Assembly: GCA_003556325.1 (NCBI GenBank)
Contig: PWRF01000223.1
Location: forward strand, 1-50,558
Direction: 5' to 3'
Length of the DNA: 50,558 nt
From: Bacteroidales bacterium
GTDB lineage: Bacteria; Bacteroidota; Bacteroidia; Bacteroidales; UBA7960
Shown here: positions 9,529 to 18,378 of the stretch, piece by piece
How positions within the stretch are numbered: position 1 is the first letter of the stretch
How the letters are laid out: each line of letters opens with the position of its first letter
Notes under the pieces: model-generated
Databases searched by the model: none
Told to the model about the DNA's origin: nothing
What the model saw: only the letters and a program-made list of their open reading frames with translations
Made by a program: the position numbers and the translations under genes

Positions 9529-10806
9529 ATGGCATCACCTGATTTCCGAAACATCTTACTTGAGCAACGCGAGGAAGTTTCCCTTCTCGAAGGCATCTCT
9601 CACGTGCGCCGCGAAAATGCCGGTGAACTGGACACAGAGAGCAACCTGGCCCAGATCATCACCGGCATCAGGCGATGTGGCAAGTCAACCCTCGCACACA
9701 TGATGCTCGCCAATAAAAACTATGCTTATGTTAATTTCGACGACGAAAGGCTGATCAACACAGGTGCAAATCAGTTAAACGACCTGCTCGAGTCACTTTA
9801 TGCCGTTTATGGCCAGTTTGAACACCTGTTTCTTGATGAAATCCAGAATGTGGAAGCCTGGCATTTGTTTGTGAACCGTTTGTTGCGCAAAAAGATAAAA
9901 ATCGTCCTTACCGGCTCCAACTCGAAGCTTCTTAGCCGCGAGATGGCCACACATCTGACCGGCCGTTATAAAAGCATTGAGCTCCTTCCCTACTCCTTTG
10001 CCGAGTTCCTGCGGGCTAATAAATATGAAATTATCAACCTTGATACGGCAAAAGAAAAAGGGCTGGCTCTTAAATATTTTGAAGAGTATCTGCAGACTGG
10101 TGGTATGCCTGAAGTGGTACACGGGGAAGAAAAAAGCGCATATGTCCGCAGTTTGTTCGAAGCCATTGTTACGCGCGATGTTTTATATCGATATGATATC
10201 CGGCACATACGTGCTTTCAGGGAAATGGCATTGTGGCTTACTGGTAACTTCTCCAAAGAAATCAGCTATAACCGGATAAAGAAGGTTTTTGGGTTTGGCA
10301 GCGAAAATACGGCCAAAAACTATCTGTCATATCTCGAAGAGGCCTGGCTGTTTATCACGCTTCAGAAGTTTTCGTTCAAAAAACAGGAAAGTCTGCGTTA
10401 TCGCAAATTATACCTCACAGACACGTCTTTTGCTGCACTTTCTGGCGAAAGCACCTCCCCCGACCGGGGTCGTTTACTGGAAAACATTGTGTTTTTGCAG
10501 CTGATGCGACATCGGCTCAGGCAACAATACGAGATTTACTATTACAAAGACGCTGTTGAGGTTGATTTTGTCGTTTACAGACAGCGAAAGGTCATTGAAC
10601 TCATACAGGTGGCGCTTTCGCTGGATGACCAGAAAACACGCAAGCGCGAAACCCGGGGACTGCTGGAAGCACATAAAGCACTAAATGCACAAAAGCTTAC
10701 TATCATTACATTAAACCATAAAGAGGAAATCCCCGCCGGAAATACAATCATTCATGCCGTTCCAATTATGGAATGGCTCCTTAACTTTTATGGTTCATCG
10801 GTCTGA
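9529..10806 (+). CDS. AAA+ ATPase of the AAA_14 + DUF4143 type
   Basis: 425-aa ORF with Walker A ITGIRRCGKST and Walker B LFLDEIQ. The C-terminal half has the usual DUF4143 layout. Its GC content is lower than the flanking genes. Confidence 0.85.
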   Translation: MASPDFRNILLEQREEVSLLEGISHVRRENAGELDTESNLAQIITGIRRCGKSTLAHMMLANKNYAYVNFDDERLINTGANQLNDLLESLYAVYGQFEHLFLDEIQNVEAWHLFVNRLLRKKIKIVLTGSNSKLLSREMATHLTGRYKSIELLPYSFAEFLRANKYEIINLDTAKEKGLALKYFEEYLQTGGMPEVVHGEEKSAYVRSLFEAIVTRDVLYRYDIRHIRAFREMALWLTGNFSKEISYNRIKKVFGFGSENTAKNYLSYLEEAWLFITLQKFSFKKQESLRYRKLYLTDTSFAALSGESTSPDRGRLLENIVFLQLMRHRLRQQYEIYYYKDAVEVDFVVYRQRKVIELIQVALSLDDQKTRKRETRGLLEAHKALNAQKLTIITLNHKEEIPAGNTIIHAVPIMEWLLNFYGSSV

Positions 10807-11058
10807 GCGGTATCGCATAAAAGACCAGGCGCCTGGCAACAAAAACATAAGCACCATCCGAACAAAGTTGTTACCCCTTTGACAGGTTAACCCAAACAGA
10901 GCTCACCTATGGTCAATGATTTGCCAGCCCCCCGCAGCTCGGGCAAGACCGGGCCTGCCCCATATTTTTCTCATTGACGGCCTGTACGGACAGCGCAACA
11001 ACAGCAAAACATTGAACTTTGTCTCCCTCGTTTTCAAAGAACCCAAGGATAACTTCAA

Positions 11059-11230
11059 ATGCTACACACGGAAACACTTTCAACCAAAACATTGGAGCTC
11101 CTGAAGTCCCTTTAATCCAGAGACTACCTGAAAGGCTGACATCTCGCGGGCGGATCGGCTTTGGCATTATATTACGGACACCGTAGGTCCATAGACCTGG
11201 AATTGTTTACCAACTTACACGATAAAACTT
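11059..11230 (+). pseudogene. Remnant of a nucleotidyltransferase AbiEii-type (type IV TA toxin) gene, covering the N-terminal ~55 codons only
   Basis: Hand translation gives MLHTETLSTKTLELLKSL*SRDYLKG*HLAGGSALALYYGHRRSIDLELFTNLHDKT*. The segment LAGGSALALYYGHRRSIDLELFT matches the conserved N-terminal motif (L/V)(A/V)GGTALAL..GHR.S.D(L/I)D.F of AbiEii-family proteins. There are two in-frame stops, and the reading is truncated where the AlbA_2 gene ends. Confidence 0.5.
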
Positions 11231-11239
11231 GATATGCAC

Positions 11240-11878
11240 CTACTCTTCCGGATCTTTCAGCCGGAACCACGTATGGTGTTCGTTTTGCCCCATTTCAACG
11301 AGGCCGGCGACCATCATGTCGACGATCACATTTTCGGCGAGGTTGCGGGGCAGCCCGGATAGTTTTACAAAGCTTTTCAGGGTGATGGTGGGATGTGTAC
11401 TGAGGTATTGCATCAGCGTCTTCTCGTTCTCGGAGTATTGGATCACCGTGCCTTTGGGGCTTTTCTGGCGTTTCCAGTATTTGATCATGATGGTGTCGGC
11501 CAGGATGTTCTGGTCGCCCACGCGAACCCACGCCATCCAGCGTCCGTTGTCGGTCTTGGCATATACGGGCTTGACCTGCGCCCGTGGCACGTCTACCTCC
11601 AGCACCCGCCTGCCATCGATGTTCCAGTGCCGGAAGGCAAAGTCGATCTCCGGGCGGCAATACATCGTCGCCGCCGCCTCCATCATATGATACTCCTCCT
11701 CCGTGCGGATCCCGGCGATCACCCCGTTGTCCTTCACCCCGATCAGCAACTTTCCGCCATCGGTGTTGGCAAACGCCACAAGGGTGCGCGCAATCTTCCT
11801 GCTGTCGTTCACCTGGAACTTGAAGTCCTGCTGCTGATGCTCCCCCTGGAGAATGAGGTTTTTGATGTAGGTGGACAC
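11240..11878 (-). CDS. AlbA_2 (Schlafen-type) DNA-binding domain protein with a C-terminal winged-helix
   Basis: The ORF contains LILQGEHQQQDFKFQ....IARTLVAFANTDGGKLLIGVKDNGVIAGI, the AlbA_2 signature. The track ORF start (11968) is a TTG inside the octamer array. I prefer the in-frame GTG at 11878, just before STYIKNLILQGE, but the start remains uncertain. Confidence 0.7.
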   Translation of the reverse strand: MSTYIKNLILQGEHQQQDFKFQVNDSRKIARTLVAFANTDGGKLLIGVKDNGVIAGIRTEEEYHMMEAAATMYCRPEIDFAFRHWNIDGRRVLEVDVPRAQVKPVYAKTDNGRWMAWVRVGDQNILADTIMIKYWKRQKSPKGTVIQYSENEKTLMQYLSTHPTITLKSFVKLSGLPRNLAENVIVDMMVAGLVEMGQNEHHTWFRLKDPEE

Positions 11879-11905
11879 GGGTTTATGTTTTTTTTGTACT
11901 GCAAT

Positions 11906-12271
11906 AATGTGCTGTTGGGTTAATGTGCTAATGTGCCGAATTAATGTGCCAATGTGCCAATGTGCCAATGTGCTAATGTGCTAATGGAAGGGTCCGTTTG
12001 GCAATGTTCAGCGGTAATTTCATGATCGTTGTTTTTTATTTACATGCGAGGCTGCGTCATTCCGAACGCGAAGCGGAGGAGCCTCTGCAAATCATCCCCC
12101 GATCATGGCACGCACCAATACACCCATCAAACTGACCCGTCCAAATTTTTTTGCCACTTTTTTGGGTTAATAATTGACTTTTTGTTAATCATATTTTTTT
12201 CAATTCACCTTCATTAGCACATTGGCACATTAGCACATTGGCACATTAGCACATTGGCACATTAGCACATT
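11906..12271 (+). repeat. Octamer-TIR element copy A: left array (AATGTGCY)n 11906-11985, divergent core, right array (RGCACATT)n 12212-12271
   Basis: Read directly. The first ~75 nt of the core (ggaagggtccgtttggcaatgttcagcgg...atgcgaggc) match copies B, C and D, and the rest is unrelated. The right array ends 1 nt before the purF stop codon. Confidence 0.85.
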
Positions 12272-14176
12272 TTAATACGCCCTCTCCGTCTTACCCTCAA
12301 TGTAGTTGATAAACGACCGGCACGCCACTTTGTTCCCTCCCGGGGTGGGATAATCGCCTGTGAAATACCAGTCGCCCCGGTGGTTGGGGCATGCAGCGTG
12401 GAGGTCTTCTATGGTTTGATAAACCACGTCGACATGGGCCTGTACGTCGGGCGGGTGCAACATCTCCGCGATCTTGGCAGAGATCTCATCCGCACAGAAC
12501 GGCTGGTATATGCTTTTAACGGCGTTTTCAACTTCTTCTACGGGCTTTTGCAGCTGTTCTTTACAGGCAAGATACACCTCGTTGATCACGTGGCCCATGC
12601 CGCGTTCTTTGAGCAGCTGCATGGCGGCGCGGAATGCGATAAAGTCGCCCAGCCGGGTCATGTCGATGCCGTAGCAATCCGGGTATCGTATCTGGGGTGC
12701 GGAAGAGGCCACGATGATATGTTTTGGGCCAAGGCGGTCGAGCATCCGGATGATACTCTTTTTCAGGGTTGTGCCCCGCACGATGCTGTCGTCGATAACC
12801 ACCAGCGTATCCTGTCCGCGGCGCACCACACCATAGGTAACGTCGTACACGTGGGCTACCAGCTCGTTGCGCTGCTTGTCGCGGGTGATGAAGGTGCGCA
12901 GCTTGGCATCCTTCACGGCGATCTGGTCTACCCTCGGACGAAGTGCCAGGATCTTCCGGAGGGCTTCCGGGTCCGTCCGTCCTTCCATATGCAGGATGCG
13001 GTCTTTCTTGATCTCATCGCAGAAGTCGTGCAGCCCCTCCATCATACCCTTAAACGCGGCGATTGCGGTGTTGGGGATATAGGAGAATATGGTGTTTTCA
13101 AGGTCGTGGTGAATGCTTTTCAGGAGCCTGGGAACCAGCCTCCGCCCCAGGCGCTTCCGCTCCTGGTAGATATCGGCATCGGTACCCCTTGAAAAATAGA
13201 TGCGTTCGAAGGAACAGGCGGCTCTCTTTTCCCGGGGCTTGCACTCCATATCGAGCACCCGGCCGTCGCGCTTTACGATAACGGCGTTGCCCGGGCTGAG
13301 CTCCCGGATCTCCTCCAGCGGGACGTTCAGGGCGGTCTGGATGGCAGGTCGCTCGCTGGCGGCAACAAATACCTCGTCGTTCTGGTAGTAGTACGCCGGA
13401 CGGATACCCACCGGGTCGCGCATGATGAAGGCGTCGCCATGGCCCACCATGCCGGCTACCACATAGCCTCCGTCCCAGTATTTGCTGGCGTTCGACAGCA
13501 CGTTGGCAAGGTCGATGTCGCGTGCGATAAGCGGCGAGATCTCTTTTTTGGTGTACCCTTCCTTTTTGAACTTCCGGTAGAGGTCTTCGTTCTCGTCATC
13601 AAGGAAGTGGCCCATCTTCTCGAGGATGGTAACCGTGTCGCTGGTCTCGCTGGGATGCTGCCCGATGTTTACCAGGCTGTTGAAGAGTTCATCCACGTTG
13701 GTGAGGTTGAAGTTTCCGGCGATCATCAGGTTTTTCGACATCCAGTTGTTGGCGCGCTGAAAAGGGTGGCAATATTCCAGATCGTAACGGCCGAAGGTGC
13801 CGTATCGCAGGTGGCCAAGGAAGAGCTCGCCGGTGAAGTTCAGGTGCTGCTTCAGCCACTCCGCATCCTGTAAGCGGCCCGGGTGCCCTTTTGTGGCAGC
13901 TTCAATGTCGGCATGGATACGTTCGAAGATATGCTGGATGGGGTTGTGCCGGTTGCTCCGCAGGCGGTTCATATAGTTCGCGCCCGGAGGCATGTCGAAC
14001 TTGATACAGCCCAGCCCCGCCCCATCCTGGCCGCGGTTGTGCTGCTTCTCCATCAAAAGATAGAGCTTGTTAAGCGCGTAAAAGGCCGTCCCGTAATGAC
14101 TGACGTAATACTCCAGGGGCTTGAGCAGGCGCATCAGCACAACGCCGCACTCGTGTTTGATCGGTTCACTCATCAC
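12272..14176 (-). CDS. purF: Amidophosphoribosyltransferase, long Bacteroidota form
   Basis: 634 aa. The N-terminus has KHECGV (the Ntn Cys nucleophile), followed by a class-II glutamine amidotransferase region and a PRTase motif (LVVIDDSIVRGTT). Confidence 0.9.
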   Translation of the reverse strand: MMSEPIKHECGVVLMRLLKPLEYYVSHYGTAFYALNKLYLLMEKQHNRGQDGAGLGCIKFDMPPGANYMNRLRSNRHNPIQHIFERIHADIEAATKGHPGRLQDAEWLKQHLNFTGELFLGHLRYGTFGRYDLEYCHPFQRANNWMSKNLMIAGNFNLTNVDELFNSLVNIGQHPSETSDTVTILEKMGHFLDDENEDLYRKFKKEGYTKKEISPLIARDIDLANVLSNASKYWDGGYVVAGMVGHGDAFIMRDPVGIRPAYYYQNDEVFVAASERPAIQTALNVPLEEIRELSPGNAVIVKRDGRVLDMECKPREKRAACSFERIYFSRGTDADIYQERKRLGRRLVPRLLKSIHHDLENTIFSYIPNTAIAAFKGMMEGLHDFCDEIKKDRILHMEGRTDPEALRKILALRPRVDQIAVKDAKLRTFITRDKQRNELVAHVYDVTYGVVRRGQDTLVVIDDSIVRGTTLKKSIIRMLDRLGPKHIIVASSAPQIRYPDCYGIDMTRLGDFIAFRAAMQLLKERGMGHVINEVYLACKEQLQKPVEEVENAVKSIYQPFCADEISAKIAEMLHPPDVQAHVDVVYQTIEDLHAACPNHRGDWYFTGDYPTPGGNKVACRSFINYIEGKTERAY

Positions 14177-14205
14177 CTATGCGTTGGTAAAATGCAAAGG
14201 TACGG

Positions 14206-14447
14206 TTAATGTGTTAATATGTCAATGTGCCAATGTGCTAATGAAGGGTTTCGGATATAAGATGAGTCTTTCCCTTTGTTTGCAGCTGACAGGTGGTTTT
14301 AGCGCGTGCCGGGATGCTATATCAGGAGCTTGTTTTATAGAGGTTCTTCCGCCCCGTATTTAAATGAAAAACAATGACCAGGAAAACACCTGCTGAACAT
14401 TGCCCAAAGGACCCTTCCATTAGCACATTGGCACATTAGCACATTAG
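14206..14447 (-). repeat. Octamer-TIR element copy B, inverted relative to copies C and D
   Basis: The arrays are at 14206-14246 and 14418-14447. The reverse complement of the core aligns by eye with the cores of copies C and D. It lies between the purF start and the add stop. Confidence 0.85.
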
Positions 14448-14451
14448 AAAA

Positions 14452-15564
14452 TTAACCCTGTTCCGCATCATAGCTGTTTATCAGCTCAATGGTCTTTTGT
14501 TTGGCGTCGCGCAGGAACCACTTCTTGTATTCGAAGGGGATGAATGCGGACTTGATGCCGTTGATGACCAGGTCGAGGATGTTTTGCGGGGTGAGTTCGA
14601 AGTGTTTGTAGGCCAGGTGGTATTCGTCGGTCATCGTGGTGAGGGTCACCAGGCGGTTATCGGTGTTCAGGGTGGCGCGCAGGCCCAGGTCGAGGTAAAA
14701 CTTAAAGGGGTGCGACTCCATGGAGCGTGCGGCTTTGGTCTGGACGTTGCTCGAAAGGCAGATCTCAAGCGGGATGCGGTGGTCGTTCACGTAGTTGAGC
14801 AGGTCGCCGTCCTCCTTGAGGCGTGTGCCGTGCCCGATACGGTGGGCGCCGCAGTAGTGCAAGGCCTGGTGGATGCTGTTGGGGCCATATGCCTCGCCGG
14901 CGTGGATGGTCACGTTAATGTTGTTTGACAGGATGAGGTTGAAGGACTCCAGGTGGTCGCGGGCGGGATAGTTGTACTCGGCGCCGGCCAGGTCGTAGCC
15001 CACCACGCCCCTGTTCTTGAAGGCAACGGCAAGCTCGGCCATCTGCATACTGACCTCCGGGGAAATGTTGCGGATGCCGCATACGATCACACCGCACTTG
15101 ATACCGAAGTCGCGCTCGCCATCCTTTAACCCCTCGATAACCGACTCCAGGATGGCGGTCACGGGCAGCTTCTTCTGGGTGTGCAGGATGGGAGAATATC
15201 GCACCTCGAAGTATTGGACATTCTCTTTGGCATTGTCTTCGACCAGCTCGTAGGCGGCCCGGTAGAGCGACTCTTCGGTCTGCATCACCTTTAAAGTGAG
15301 GTCAAAGGTCTTGAGGTAGTCGTTGAGCGACTCGTGATCCTTGCCGGGCTGCAGCTTTTTCTCAAGCTTTTTCAGCGTATCCGCACCGATGTCAACACCG
15401 TCTTTTGAGGCCAGCTCGAGGATGGTTTCCATCCGCATCGAGCCATCGAGGTGCACGTGCAGGTCGGTCTTGGGCAACTTCTCAAAGAAATCACGGTTGA
15501 AAGGCTTTGTTGGGGTTTTCAGGTCGGTATCGTGGGAGTAGTATATTTCTTTTTGTTTCATCAT
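14452..15564 (-). CDS. add: Adenosine deaminase
   Basis: Metal and catalytic motifs are present: DLHVHLDGS, HAGE, RIGHG, LNTDN. The track start at 15570 is a TTG, and the first ATG is at 15564. Confidence 0.9.
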   Translation of the reverse strand: MMKQKEIYYSHDTDLKTPTKPFNRDFFEKLPKTDLHVHLDGSMRMETILELASKDGVDIGADTLKKLEKKLQPGKDHESLNDYLKTFDLTLKVMQTEESLYRAAYELVEDNAKENVQYFEVRYSPILHTQKKLPVTAILESVIEGLKDGERDFGIKCGVIVCGIRNISPEVSMQMAELAVAFKNRGVVGYDLAGAEYNYPARDHLESFNLILSNNINVTIHAGEAYGPNSIHQALHYCGAHRIGHGTRLKEDGDLLNYVNDHRIPLEICLSSNVQTKAARSMESHPFKFYLDLGLRATLNTDNRLVTLTTMTDEYHLAYKHFELTPQNILDLVINGIKSAFIPFEYKKWFLRDAKQKTIELINSYDAEQG

Positions 15565-15588
15565 CGACAATGGTTTTGAAGTGTAGTT

Positions 15589-15855
15589 AATGTGCTAATG
15601 TGTTAATGTGCCAATGTGCTAATGTGCCAATGTGCTAATTAAGAGTCCTTTGGGCAATGTTCAGCAGGTGTTTTCCTGTTCATTGTTTTTCATTTAAATG
15701 CAGGGCGGAAGAACCTCTTCAAAACAAGCTCCTGATATAGTATCCTGGCACGCGCTAAAAGCAAAGAACCTATCTGCTGCAAACAAAGGGAAATACTCAT
15801 CTTATATCCGAAACCCTTCATTAGCACATTGGCACATTAACACATTAGCACATTA
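15589..15855 (+). repeat. Octamer-TIR element copy C
   Basis: The left array is at 15589-15639, the core at 15640-15818 and the right array at 15819-15855. It lies between the add start and the fructosamine kinase stop. Confidence 0.85.
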
Positions 15856-15897
15856 CATAATAATACGTTTTTCCCGGCAAATTGTTTCACAGACGGC

Positions 15898-16785
15898 CTA
15901 CGCAAAGCGGCGCAGGATGTTTTTCACCTGTCCCGGGTATCCTCCGCCGAAGAGGTTTACGTGCACCATCAGCGGGTAGAGGTTAGCGATCTCTGTGCCT
16001 TCCTGCCAGCCTTTGTCGAGGGGATAGTGCTCGTTATAGGCATCATAGAAGGCGGCGCTGAAGCCTCCGAACAGCTTACTCATGCCCAGGTCCATGTATC
16101 GGTGGCCGTAATATACCGCCGGGTCGATGATCACGGGCTCTCCCTCCTCCCCTGTCATGTAGTTGCCGCCCCAAAGGTCGCCGTGCAGCAGGGCAGGCGG
16201 CTCTTCCGGGAAAAAGTCCGTAACGTAGCGGTAAAACTTCTCAAACAGGGTGCTCAGCTCCTTCCCTGCCCTGCCGTTGTCGCGAGCGAGCTTCAGCTGT
16301 GCTTCCAGACGCTCGGAGATGAAAAAGGAGATCCAGTCGTCGTGAGTACGGTTGCCCTGTGGCAGGCTGCCGATGTAGTTGTCGTGATCGAGCCCGAACC
16401 GGCCGTCATCCGGCTGTTGCTGATGCATCCGGGCCAGCCCTTCTCCAAACTCCTGCCAGAAACCGGACTTTTGGGCTGCCGGGGCTATATACTCCAGCAC
16501 CAGGATACTTTGGTTGTTCGTCTCCCCGTGGCCAATGACGGCGGGCACCTTAAGGCATCCGGCGTCCTCCAGCAGCTGCAGCCCCCTGGCTTCGGCCTCA
16601 AACATCCCCGGGTAGTGCGAGGCAGAATTGTATTTCATGAAAAACCTTCCCTTGTCCGTCTCCACCTGCTGCGCATCGTTGATGCAACCGCCCCCGATGG
16701 GCTTCATTCCTGTAATGGTGACAGGCTCTCCCAGGGAGCGACTGATGATTTCGGCTATTTGGTCTTGTATTTGGCTTTGTGGCAT
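15898..16785 (-). CDS. Fructosamine/ketosamine-3-kinase family protein
   Basis: 295 aa with GGGCINDAQQVETDKGRFFMKYN and HGDLWGGNY, both typical of the family. Confidence 0.9.
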   Translation of the reverse strand: MPQSQIQDQIAEIISRSLGEPVTITGMKPIGGGCINDAQQVETDKGRFFMKYNSASHYPGMFEAEARGLQLLEDAGCLKVPAVIGHGETNNQSILVLEYIAPAAQKSGFWQEFGEGLARMHQQQPDDGRFGLDHDNYIGSLPQGNRTHDDWISFFISERLEAQLKLARDNGRAGKELSTLFEKFYRYVTDFFPEEPPALLHGDLWGGNYMTGEEGEPVIIDPAVYYGHRYMDLGMSKLFGGFSAAFYDAYNEHYPLDKGWQEGTEIANLYPLMVHVNLFGGGYPGQVKNILRRFA

Positions 16786-16790
16786 GGTTT

Positions 16791-16825
16791 TGTGAGTTGT
16801 CAGTTGTGAGTTATGAGTTGGAGGC
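16791..16825 (+). repeat. Tandem heptamer array (TGTGAGT-like x5) with a short inverted partner at 16905-16916
   Basis: Read directly: tgtgagt tgtcagt tgtgagt tatgagt tggaggc. It begins 6 nt beyond the fructosamine kinase ATG. The segment gctcacaactca at 16905-16916 is the reverse complement. Confidence 0.7.
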
Positions 16826-17153
16826 TCATTTGAGGGTTAGGGGTTGTGAATTTGGGGTTATAGCCATAAAACGGTCAACGTCATTTAGGCATCGCCTATC
16901 GTCCGCTCACAACTCAAAGCTGATTCCCTGCAAATCTACGCTGCAGCCCAAATTCCTCAACAATGTGGCGCATCAATAGCGTATCGCTGTTTGGATGTTC
17001 GTCCTTCTGTGAGCCTTGTTGCAACTATTGCTAAGCGATTTACCATAGAGCAACGATTTGAAAATGATTTCTAAATTTTGTGAGTTAACTTCCTGATTAT
17101 GTGATGATGCTTACGGCAAACTAAAAACAACGCAACGCCAGTGGTCGCGTATT

Positions 17154-17204
17154 TAAAAAAATGGTAATCAACCGGGTGGGCTTTAGCCCAAGCGACTGAT
17201 TACC
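17154..17204 (-). terminator. Putative intrinsic terminator downstream of tRNA-Ala
   Basis: On the minus strand the sequence is GGTAATCA-GTCGCT-TGGGC-TAAA-GCCCA-CCCGGT-TGATTACC followed by ATTTTTTT. It starts 22 nt after the tRNA 3' end. Confidence 0.55.
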
Positions 17205-17225
17205 AGGCATATATTGGGGTTAAAT

Positions 17226-17302
17226 TGGTGGAGAATACCGGGCTCGAACCGGTGACCTTTTGGCTGCCAGCCAAACGCTCTAGCCAACTGAGCTAATTCC
17301 CC
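17226..17302 (-). tRNA. tRNA-Ala (anticodon GGC) with encoded CCA
   Basis: The minus strand reads GGGGAAT TA GCTC AGTTGGCTA GAGC G TTTGG CTGGCAG CCAAA AGGTC ACCGG TTCGAGC CCGGT ATTCTCC A CCA. The cloverleaf folds cleanly, the G3:U70 alanine identity pair is present, and the total length is 77 nt. Confidence 0.95.
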
Positions 17303-17493
17303 GTGTTTTGGTTGGCAAAATTAATATCTTTTCTTATTTTCACCAAAAAAATCTTTGAAAACGGCACATCCTGCCAGCCCATGCAGCCCATTTAACACTA
17401 TGAACACCAGCAACCCGCATACCCACTGTAACACACCCCTTAACCCCAATCATCACCAACCCATCAACCCATAACCCCAACCCCAAACTTTAT

Positions 17494-17820
17494 CTTGATC
17501 TTAATCTTATCCTCAACCTTAACCTCAACCTAATCTTAACCTCAATCTTAACCTCAACCTAATCTCAACCTCAATCTCAACCTCAATCTCAACCTCAATC
17601 TCAACCTTAATCTTAACCTCAATCTCAATCTTAACCTCAACCTAATCTTAACCTCAACCTCAATCTTAACCTTAATCTTAACCTCAATCTCAACGTTAAC
17701 CTTACTCTCAACCTTAATCTCAATCTTAATCTCAACCTCAATCTCAACGTTAACCTTACTCTCAACCTTAATCTCAATCTTAATCTTAACCTCAACCTTA
17801 ACCTCAACCTTAATCTTACC
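17494..17820 (+). repeat. Hexanucleotide microsatellite (AAYCTY), about 55 units, abutting the thpR ATG
   Basis: Read directly. Units are mostly 6 nt with occasional 5-nt units. An exact higher-order duplication of a 52-nt segment is offset by 54 bp (17681-17732 = 17735-17786). The plus strand is almost G-free from about 17400 to 17820. Confidence 0.9.
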
Positions 17821-18378
17821 ATGAAACGCCTCTTCACCGCCATTCACATCCCCCTTGCCGATCCCATAACCGAGGCCCTTGAGCACTTTCAAGCCGTACT
17901 GGCCGGTGACAGGATCAACTGGGTGTCGCCTACAAACATACACATCACCCTGAAGTTTTTTGGAGACACGCCCATGCGCGATGAGCCACCTATTAAAAAC
18001 GCCCTGGAGGCAGCCGGAAAGGAAGCAAAGCCCTTTACCTTCCGCATCAGGGGTTGCGGTACTTTTGGCAACCCCCGTATGCCCCGTGTCATATGGCTGG
18101 GCATCGAGGAAGCGGACGGACTCATCCGGCTCTATGATACGATCAACAAACACCTGAAGCCCTTGGGCCACAAGCCTGACAAGAAAGTCTTTGTGCCGCA
18201 CCTCACCATTGCGCGCGTCAAACACCTTGCCAATTACGCCGGACTTGAGGAGTTGCTTGCCGAATATGCGGAAGAAGACTTCGGGGAGGTCACCGTGGAT
18301 CGTTTTACCCTGTACCAGAGCATACTGAAGCCCACGGGTCCGGTATATCGCCCGGAATTCAATGTGCTAATGTGCTAA
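17821..18378 (+). CDS. thpR: RNA 2',3'-cyclic phosphodiesterase (2'-5' RNA ligase family, ThpR/LigT)
   Basis: 185 aa with two HxTx motifs (HITLKF and HLTIAR). The last 6 codons and the stop (NVLMC*) are encoded by the octamer array of element D. Confidence 0.85.
   Translation: MKRLFTAIHIPLADPITEALEHFQAVLAGDRINWVSPTNIHITLKFFGDTPMRDEPPIKNALEAAGKEAKPFTFRIRGCGTFGNPRMPRVIWLGIEEADGLIRLYDTINKHLKPLGHKPDKKVFVPHLTIARVKHLANYAGLEELLAEYAEEDFGEVTVDRFTLYQSILKPTGPVYRPEFNVLMC

Noticed and set aside
10913-11167. 84-aa minus-strand ORF and 62-aa plus-strand ORF (10916..11104) in the gap after the DUF4143 ATPase gene
   Set aside because: Neither has recognisable motifs, and both overlap the AbiEii remnant region. 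They are most likely decayed sequence. I could not support an AbiEi antitoxin remnant call.
15698-15979. Small ORFs crossing the element cores (15698..15979, 18413..18610, 18444..18677, 14121..14363) as micro-proteins
   Set aside because: The start codon is absent in the inverted copy, and a 5-nt indel shifts the frame between copies. Large parts of the ORFs are translated octamer arrays (HISTLAHWH / CQCANVLM).
15961-16809. 282-aa plus-strand ORF overlapping the fructosamine kinase gene. Similar antisense ORFs lie at 12380..13192, 13439..13873, 33412..34239, 38454..39023, 48632..49387 and 5670..6314.
   Set aside because: All are antisense to genes with strong family signatures and have arbitrary, motif-free translations.
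17554-18225. 223-aa minus-strand ORF with (LR)n / EVKIKI-type repeats
   Set aside because: Its C-terminal part is just the translated hexamer microsatellite. The rest is antisense to thpR, which has both HxTx motifs.
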